From Flavobacteriales bacterium (GTDB taxonomy: Bacteria > Bacteroidota > Bacteroidia > CAIKAF01): a stretch of 64,000 nt of DNA. A model generated the notes under the pieces. The model did not search any database, was not told the origin of the DNA, and worked only from the letters and a program-made list of their open reading frames with translations. The first letter of the stretch is position 1. Every line of letters starts with the position of its first letter. The stretch is taken from assembly GCA_052437175.1 (NCBI GenBank), contig JBQVOK010000008.1, forward strand, positions 95,506 through 159,505. The letters are read 5' to 3'. This document shows positions 57,807 to 64,000 of this stretch, one piece after another. Position numbers and translations under genes: made by a program.

Positions 57807-58556
57807 TCAGAAACTGTTCAGGAACTGCAGCAGCTGTTCTTTTTTGCGGGTTGAGACCGGCACTTTGTCTTCATTTACGGTAACGATAATGCCTTCGCCC
57901 TTTTCGTAGCGGATAATATGATCCATATTTACCAGGTATGACTGGTGGGTACGGATAAAACGGTCGCTGCCGATCATTTCCTCGTAATCACCCAGGGGGC
58001 GCGACACGGTAACCCGGCGTTTGTCGAGCAGGTAAAAGGTGGTATAATTACCGTCGGCTTCGCAGAAAACGATGTCCGACGTGTTAATGATGTATATACT
58101 TTCGGCCGTTTTGAGGGTAATACGCTTTACCTGGCGTTCGCTGCCCGAGAAATTCTGCATAAAGGTATCGAGCCTTTCCACCAGTTTTTCACGTTCGATC
58201 CGTTTCCCGGCATTCGCAATAGCATCTTTCAGTTCGAAGGGGTCTACGGGTTTCAGCAGGTAATTGAGTGCCGATACCTTACAGGCCTTGATGGCATACT
58301 CTTCGTAGGCGGTAATGAAGATCACGGGAATGACCAGGTGTTTGATACGGTTCAGCAGGTCGAAACCATTGCCGTCTTTCAGACGTATGTCCAGCAGCAG
58401 CAGATCGGGCGTTTTATGCTGTATTGCGGCCACGGCAGACTGCACCCCATCGGCCTCCCGCAGGGCAATGTCGCTGTCGGTGCAATACAGGCGTATCATT
58501 TCGCCGATCACCTCGCGTGCCTTTGTTTCATCGTCAACAATAAGTATATCTATCAT
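57807..58556 (-). CDS. LytR/AlgR-family response regulator (REC plus LytTR DNA-binding domain)
   Basis: MIDILIVDDE...LLLLDIRLKDGNGFDLL REC domain; C-terminal LytTR domain (RITLKTAESIYIINTSDIVFCEADGNYTTFY). Confidence 0.9.
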   Translation of the reverse strand: MIDILIVDDETKAREVIGEMIRLYCTDSDIALREADGVQSAVAAIQHKTPDLLLLDIRLKDGNGFDLLNRIKHLVIPVIFITAYEEYAIKACKVSALNYLLKPVDPFELKDAIANAGKRIEREKLVERLDTFMQNFSGSERQVKRITLKTAESIYIINTSDIVFCEADGNYTTFYLLDKRRVTVSRPLGDYEEMIGSDRFIRTHQSYLVNMDHIIRYEKGEGIIVTVNEDKVPVSTRKKEQLLQFLNSF

Positions 58557-58586
58557 CTGTAAGAGCCGGCTCTTTACTGGTTAAAG

Positions 58587-60533
58587 TTAAAATTTTTTCT
58601 TTAATGGTATGCGGAAAGAGACCAGGGTTCCCGAACCGGCAGCCGAACGGATGGTAAAATGGATCTTACGGCGCTTGCCGCGGTTCAGCAGTTCCAGGCG
58701 TTCCCGGGTGATCTGCAGGGCCAGTGATTTTTTGCCGGACGTCTGTTCTTTAGCCCCCTCCTGGTCAAAGCCTACCCCGTTATCCTGTACATCTACCTGC
58801 AAAAAGCCGTCCTGCTCCCGGAAGCTCACCGAAAGTTCACCCCGGCCGTCCATTCCGCGGAAACCATGTTCCAGGGCATTTTCAATAAAAGGCTGGGTAA
58901 GCATGGGCGGTATCCAGGTGTTTTCCAGGTCCAGCTCCTCATCTACATGCAGGGTATAGTCGAAACCGTTGTCGAAACGCAGCTCCTGCAGGCTGATGTA
59001 GTTCTGCAGCCACTGCACCTCGCGCGAGAGTGAAATGTATTCCTCGCGGGAATTTTCCAGGATGGAACGTACGATCCGGGCAAAGGAAGACAGGAAGCGC
59101 CCCGCTTCGGCCGGATTGTTCTTCATCATAAAGCTCTGGATGGCCGTGAGTGCATTAAAAATAAAGTGGGGGTTCATCTGGCTGCGCAGCAGACGCTGTT
59201 CCAGGCGCATGGTATGTTGCTCCGACCGGATGCGGTTGTTCCGGATCAGCAGAGCCGATATAACAATGATGAGCAGGGCCAGGCCTCCGATACCATACAG
59301 GAAGTAAAGGCGCTGCCGCAACTGAAGCTCCTGGATCTCGGCGTTCTTTTTGAGGGTTTCGTTCTCCTGTTCTTTTTTACCGGTCTCGTATTTTTCTTTC
59401 AGCTCGGATATTTTCCCGGCCATATCGCTCGAAAAGATACCGCTCTGGTATTCATTGGCAAGCTCGTACGAGGCCAGTGCCTGCCGGTAATTGCCCATGG
59501 CCTTGTAGGTGTTGTAATACTCCATGTGGAAATTGGCCAGATCGGAGGCAGCGGCAATCCTGCGGTCTTTAATAAGTCCGAAACCTTCGTTCAGTGCATC
59601 CAGGGCCTCGCTGTATTTCCCCGTCATACGGTGCACGGAGCACTGGTACATGAGCGAATACGCCATCTTTAAGCTGTCGCCAAGCTGCTGGTAATTCTCG
59701 TAGCTGTCCTTAAAGGTTTTCAGGGCCTTGTCGTACTCGCCCCGGGCCACGTATATGTTTCCCATATTGATCTGGCAGCCGGCAATGATCATCAGGTCTT
59801 TCAGGTCTTTCTGTATCTGCAGGCAAAGATTAAAATAGGTAAGCGCTTTGTCGTAGCGTTTCAGGTCGTTGTTGAGCACGCCCAGGTTCAGCAGGGCATG
59901 CGACATTCCGCGGCGGTCGCCGATCTCTTCGCGTATTTCCAGGGAGCGCAGGTAGTAGTTCTCACCTTCTTCATACCGTTCCAGGTTCAGAAAAAGCAGG
60001 GCCATGGTGCCCAGGGTAAGGGCCTGTCCCCTTTTTTCGCCGATCTTTTCGTACAGATCATAGGTCTTCTGGTAATTCACCAGGGCTTTTTCGTACTCAC
60101 CCCGGCTGCGGTAATAAGTGCCGTAATGTGAGTTTACCCCTGCCAGACCGAACGCATAGTCCATTTTCGTATATATACTATCGGCCTTTTTCACATAAAA
60201 GATGCTTTCCTCCGGATGGCCTGTTACGAAAAGGTAATCGGCATAGCTAAGACTTGCCGAAGCTTCGCCGCGCGGGTAACGTATATCTGCGGCGGTCTTC
60301 TGCATCATTTCTATGTAAGGCAGGGTACTCTTGCGGGAAGGGTCCTTATAACTGTATACATAGATAATATTTTCGAGCAGTTTTATCTTGTTGCTATCGT
60401 TCGGGTGAACGGGCAGTACCCGCAGCATACTGTCGAGGTCCTGGGCAAGGGCGCGACCTGTGCCGGCCAACAGACAGAGACACAGGAAAAACGGGAAAAA
60501 CAGCCGTGAAGATCGTCTGAGAGTGGGGTTCAT
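58587..60533 (-). CDS. Sensor histidine kinase, LytS/YehU type, with an extracytoplasmic TPR-repeat sensor domain
   Basis: Signal peptide; multiple TPR-like repeats (YYRSRGEYEKAL.../ALLNLGVLNN...); TM; LRSQMNPHFIFNALTAIQ His_kinase motif plus HATPase; start at the internal ATG at 60533. Confidence 0.85.
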   Translation of the reverse strand: MNPTLRRSSRLFFPFFLCLCLLAGTGRALAQDLDSMLRVLPVHPNDSNKIKLLENIIYVYSYKDPSRKSTLPYIEMMQKTAADIRYPRGEASASLSYADYLFVTGHPEESIFYVKKADSIYTKMDYAFGLAGVNSHYGTYYRSRGEYEKALVNYQKTYDLYEKIGEKRGQALTLGTMALLFLNLERYEEGENYYLRSLEIREEIGDRRGMSHALLNLGVLNNDLKRYDKALTYFNLCLQIQKDLKDLMIIAGCQINMGNIYVARGEYDKALKTFKDSYENYQQLGDSLKMAYSLMYQCSVHRMTGKYSEALDALNEGFGLIKDRRIAAASDLANFHMEYYNTYKAMGNYRQALASYELANEYQSGIFSSDMAGKISELKEKYETGKKEQENETLKKNAEIQELQLRQRLYFLYGIGGLALLIIVISALLIRNNRIRSEQHTMRLEQRLLRSQMNPHFIFNALTAIQSFMMKNNPAEAGRFLSSFARIVRSILENSREEYISLSREVQWLQNYISLQELRFDNGFDYTLHVDEELDLENTWIPPMLTQPFIENALEHGFRGMDGRGELSVSFREQDGFLQVDVQDNGVGFDQEGAKEQTSGKKSLALQITRERLELLNRGKRRKIHFTIRSAAGSGTLVSFRIPLKKKF

Positions 60534-60684
60534 TTGCCAAAGGTACGCTTCTTTAGCAGAATGCCGTTCTGCTTTTGTTTTAGTATAGTTAAGAAATACT
60601 ATACACAACTAAAAAAGTCCCGCCTTCACGGGACCTTCGTTCATTTCCTGTAATTCAAGAATTTCTGCATCAGATTTTTACATC

Positions 60685-61128
60685 CTACTTTCCCGTACTG
60701 CCAAAACCGCCGGTGCCCCTTTCACTTTCCTGCAGCTGTTCGCTCAGGGTCCACTGTACCTGTTCGTGTCTGGCGATCACCAGCTGGGCAATGCGTTCGC
60801 CGGGTTGTATCTCAAAAGCCGTGTCGGACAGGTTTACCAGGATAACGCCTATTTCGCCGCGGTAGTCCGAATCGATCGTGCCCGGGCTGTTCAGTACCGT
60901 TATACCATGTTTCAGGGCCAGGCCGCTGCGCGGACGCACCTGCGCCTCGTACCCCGCCGGCAACTCTATAAACAGGCCGGTGGGCACCAGTTTCCGTTGT
61001 AAAGGTGCCAGTGTAAAAGCCTCTTCCAGGAAAGCTTTCAGGTCCATACCCGCCGCACCGGGCGTAGCGTAAAAAGGCAGTTCATTGCCCGATCTATTCC
61101 GTATTTTTACTTCCATATCTGTCTGCAA
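60685..61128 (-). CDS. dut: dUTP diphosphatase (start may be the internal ATG at 61116)
   Basis: dUTPase motifs [33 protein letters not shown]. Confidence 0.9.
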   Translation of the reverse strand: MQTDMEVKIRNRSGNELPFYATPGAAGMDLKAFLEEAFTLAPLQRKLVPTGLFIELPAGYEAQVRPRSGLALKHGITVLNSPGTIDSDYRGEIGVILVNLSDTAFEIQPGERIAQLVIARHEQVQWTLSEQLQESERGTGGFGSTGK

Positions 61129-62611
61129 TTTTGCGGATAAGTGTCTGTAGTGTTTTTTCGTTCTTTATAAGCCAGGCTATATATACGATAATTCCGGCGG
61201 TAGCCGTAAAATAATAGAGAATGGGTCTGTCGGCCGGTACAAAACGGGTAATGCCGTAAAAAATGATACAGCCCAGGATATACTGGTGCAGGCGTCCGAA
61301 ACGGTACGGCACGGCATAGTAACGCTGTCCCACCAGGTACGAGATGCCCGACATAATGGCATAACAGATCAGTGTGGCCCAGGCCGAGCCGCGGAAGCCC
61401 CAGACAGGAATGAACAGCAGGTTGAGCACAATGGTGAACAAGGCCCCTACAATAGAGAAATACATTCCGTAAAGCGTTTTACCGCTGATCTTGTACCACA
61501 TGCTCAGGTTCTGGTAAATGCCGTTATACAGGTTGGCGATGAGCAGTACGGGTACAATATCGATGCCCGACCAGTAGGCAGAATTGCGCAGGAATATCCA
61601 CTTAAATACGTCTACATACAGCGCCACTACCAGGAAGATCAGCAGGCAGAACCACACAAAATAGTCCATCACCAGGGCCAGGGTATGCCGGGTGTCGGTA
61701 TCTTTGTTCATGCTGAAAAAGAAGGGCTCCGCCGCATAGCGGAAGGCCTGTATAAAAATGGTGAGCAATATCGCCAGCTTGTAGCAGGCCCCGTAGATCC
61801 CGGCCTGTTCATCGGCTTCGTCTGCGGGCAGCAGCTGTTTCAGGAAAATAAGGTCGGCCTTTTCATTGATGATATACGCCAGCGCACCGATGGCCAGGGG
61901 AACGGCATACACCAGCATCTGCCGCAGCAGCGCCGTATCGTTGCGCATCCCGTAACGGAAGATCACCGGCGTAAGCATCAGGAATTTAATGCCGCTGGCC
62001 ACAATATTGGCAATAAATACATAGGCCACGCCTTTATCATGATCGTATACCGCCGACCAGATGCCGAGTCCTTCCTGTCCGCCCTTCATGTACAGACCGC
62101 GGCAATAGACCAGGAAAAAGACCACGAGCCCGAAATTGATCAGTATATTTAGTATATTAATCAATGCGAAAATGCCGGGCTTGTTCTCTTCGCGCAGTTT
62201 GGCCAGGGGTACCGAACTCAGGGCATCCAGGAAAATAATGAGCGAGAACAGGATCACGTAATCGGTATGCTGCGGATATTTTAGGAAACCGGCGATCGGC
62301 TGTGCAAAAATGAATACCGATACCAGGAACACCGCAGAGACCAGGGTAACGAAGTTCTGGGCCGTGGCAAAGACCTTGCGTTTATCGGCATGTTCCATAC
62401 CCGAAAAGCGGAACATGGCCGTTTCCATACCGAAGGTGAGCAATGCCAGGGCAATGGCTATGTAGGAATAAAGCACCGATTGTACCCCGTAGGCTTCCGG
62501 CTCGAATACGTCGGTAAGCAGCGGGGTGAGCAAATAGTTAATGAGCTTGCCCAGTATACTGGTAAGTCCGTATATTACGGTTTGCCCGGCTAATTGTCGC
62601 AATCGGCTCAT
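61094..62611 (-). CDS. Polysaccharide/lipid-linked oligosaccharide flippase of the MOP superfamily (Wzx/MurJ-like)
   Basis: 505 aa, about 14 TM helices; N-terminus [33 protein letters not shown] is typical of polysaccharide biosynthesis protein/flippase families. Confidence 0.7.
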   Translation of the reverse strand: MSRLRQLAGQTVIYGLTSILGKLINYLLTPLLTDVFEPEAYGVQSVLYSYIAIALALLTFGMETAMFRFSGMEHADKRKVFATAQNFVTLVSAVFLVSVFIFAQPIAGFLKYPQHTDYVILFSLIIFLDALSSVPLAKLREENKPGIFALINILNILINFGLVVFFLVYCRGLYMKGGQEGLGIWSAVYDHDKGVAYVFIANIVASGIKFLMLTPVIFRYGMRNDTALLRQMLVYAVPLAIGALAYIINEKADLIFLKQLLPADEADEQAGIYGACYKLAILLTIFIQAFRYAAEPFFFSMNKDTDTRHTLALVMDYFVWFCLLIFLVVALYVDVFKWIFLRNSAYWSGIDIVPVLLIANLYNGIYQNLSMWYKISGKTLYGMYFSIVGALFTIVLNLLFIPVWGFRGSAWATLICYAIMSGISYLVGQRYYAVPYRFGRLHQYILGCIIFYGITRFVPADRPILYYFTATAGIIVYIAWLIKNEKTLQTLIRKIADRYGSKNTE

Positions 62612-62626
62612 ACAGGCTCAGGGAGA

Positions 62627-63409
62627 TTATTCTCCTGAAAAATTGGGTTTGCGCTTTTCGAGGAAGGCCGTGGTACCTTCTTTAAAATCATTGGTGGCAA
62701 AGGTACTTCCGAACTGTGCGATCTCGTAGCTGAAGCCATCTTTCGAAGCGGCAAAGCCGGCATTTACCGAACGGATGGCATGTGCGATGGCAGCCGGTGA
62801 GTTACGGCTTATCTTTTCGGCCAGTTGCATGGCTTCGTTCAGCAGTTCGGCCTGCGGCACGGTCTTGTTTACCAGTCCCCACTGCTCTGCCTGTGCGGCA
62901 CTGATCATTTCGGCGGAGAAGATCAGCTGTGAGGCCCTTCCCTTGCCAATGAGGCGCGGCAGGCGCTGCGTTCCGCCATAACCCGGTATCACACCCAGGC
63001 TTACTTCGGGCAGGCCCATTTTGGCGTTATCGGAGGCGATGCGTATGTGGCAGCTCATGGCCAGTTCCAGTCCGCCGCCCAGGGCAAAACCGTTTACGGC
63101 AGCGATCACGGGTTTTTCCAGTTCTTCTACATAATCGAAGAGCATGCGCTGTCCTTCTCCGGCCAGCATTTTGCCTTCTTCGGCATTGAAATGGGCAAAT
63201 TCTGAAATATCGGCACCGGCTACAAAGGCTTTTTCGCCCGAACCCGTGAGTATGATCACCCGGATATTTTTATCGCTGCCGGCTTCGTTAAAGGCCGTAT
63301 GCAGTTCCTGTATCGTGGCTTTGTTCAGCGCATTCAGTTTTTCGGGACGGTTAATGGTTATGATCCGTACCGAACCGCGGTCTTCCGTTTGAATATTTGA
63401 AAAGCTCAT
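62627..63409 (-). CDS. Enoyl-CoA hydratase/isomerase (crotonase family)
   Basis: VRIITINRPEKLNAL...AAVNGFALGGGLELAMSCHIRIAS crotonase oxyanion-hole motifs; start at the internal ATG at 63409. Confidence 0.85.
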   Translation of the reverse strand: MSFSNIQTEDRGSVRIITINRPEKLNALNKATIQELHTAFNEAGSDKNIRVIILTGSGEKAFVAGADISEFAHFNAEEGKMLAGEGQRMLFDYVEELEKPVIAAVNGFALGGGLELAMSCHIRIASDNAKMGLPEVSLGVIPGYGGTQRLPRLIGKGRASQLIFSAEMISAAQAEQWGLVNKTVPQAELLNEAMQLAEKISRNSPAAIAHAIRSVNAGFAASKDGFSYEIAQFGSTFATNDFKEGTTAFLEKRKPNFSGE

Positions 63410-63517
63410 GTATTTTGGTTTTGGGTATAAAGGTAGGAATATGAGCGGGCCCTGCAAAAAAAGCCGTCCCGCTTACAGCGAGACGGCCTTTTGCAAAGTT
63501 CTGTTATGTAAAACGTT

Positions 63518-64000
63518 CTATCGTACAATAATACGGCGGTTGATGCGGCTGTCGCCCCGGATCACCTGCAGGGTATACATGCCCGGTGCAAAAGCCGAAA
63601 CATCTACCGTGGCTGTGCCGCCGGCGGCCGTGTGCAGGTTCTGCTGCAGAAGTACCACCTTGCCCGAAACGTCGATCATTTTCAGTACAGCATCCTGGAA
63701 ACCTTCGCTGGTTTTAATATTCAGCAGCCCGGAAGCGGGGTTCGGGTACACCGAAATACCGGCATCCGCCGCTTCGTTCAGGCCCACGTCGCTCAGTACC
63801 GTAAGAGTGGCCGGCGTACGTTCGCTTACGCAGTAAAAACCTTCTTCTTCCACTTCCCAGTCGTAGAAATAGTAATACAGTCCGGCACCTTCGCTGCAAC
63901 CGGTAATGGATACCAGGCCCGTTAAGGTATAGGGATATGCAACACCACCGCCGTTACTGCGCTGCAGGCGCGGACCGGTGTAACCGAAATTCGTGGTATT
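63518..64000 (-). CDS. C-terminal part of a secreted T9SS cargo protein; gene continues beyond the window end
   Basis: The frame is open from 64000 with no stops; C-terminus YPNPASGLLNIKTSEGF...IDVSGKVV...GMYTLQVIRGDS is a T9SS CTD. Confidence 0.6.
   Translation of the reverse strand, partial: NTTNFGYTGPRLQRSNGGGVAYPYTLTGLVSITGCSEGAGLYYYFYDWEVEEEGFYCVSERTPATLTVLSDVGLNEAADAGISVYPNPASGLLNIKTSEGFQDAVLKMIDVSGKVVLLQQNLHTAAGGTATVDVSAFAPGMYTLQVIRGDSRINRRIIVR

Noticed and set aside
57945-58562. 205-aa plus-strand ORF opposite the LytTR regulator
   Set aside because: Antisense to a response regulator with clear REC/LytTR motifs.

Overview
A 64-kb chromosomal window, about 55% GC, from a Bacteroidota genome. 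The phylum call rests on five proteins with Por/T9SS C-terminal sorting domains, tandem standalone TonB_C proteins, and Bacteroidetes-type TAnnTTTG -7 promoter elements, which points to Chitinophagia or a relative. Housekeeping genes present are acs, atpD-atpC, der, dut, a crotonase and an initiator-like tRNA-Met. Accessory content includes a roughly 15-kb ABC-transporter-dependent (Wzm/Wzt) polysaccharide locus with 8 glycosyltransferases, 2 methyltransferases and 3 acyl/acetyltransferases. There is a dlt-like D-alanylation/acylation operon (carrier protein, DltD-like, 49-aa DltX-like ORF, MBOAT, adenylating ligase), an ABC exporter with a BtrH-like papain-fold protein, and a LytS/LytTR two-component system. 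Next to that two-component system lies a 5.1-kb T9SS adhesin gene made of about 20 near-identical 147-nt tandem repeats. The strongest candidate for an undescribed system is a roughly 4.8-kb insert at 29763-34560 that splits a tandem array of four TonB_C paralogues (the fourth is now a pseudogene with an in-frame TAG). The insert carries a WYL-domain regulator divergent from a three-gene operon: a cytoplasmic SPFH-domain protein, a T4 Rnl1-like RNA ligase with motifs I, IV and V visible, and a T4-type polynucleotide kinase/3'-phosphatase with Walker A plus a HAD DxDGT motif. The 627-nt divergent intergenic region holds two tRNA T-arm-like motifs, one followed by an encoded CCA, and a GC-rich, highly self-complementary element of about 240 nt ending in a U-tract. 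Together this looks like a WYL-regulated tRNA/RNA-repair (healing-and-sealing) module with a possible tRNA-like or Y-RNA-like ncRNA. Many long antisense ORFs in the six-frame track are GC-content or repeat artefacts and were rejected.
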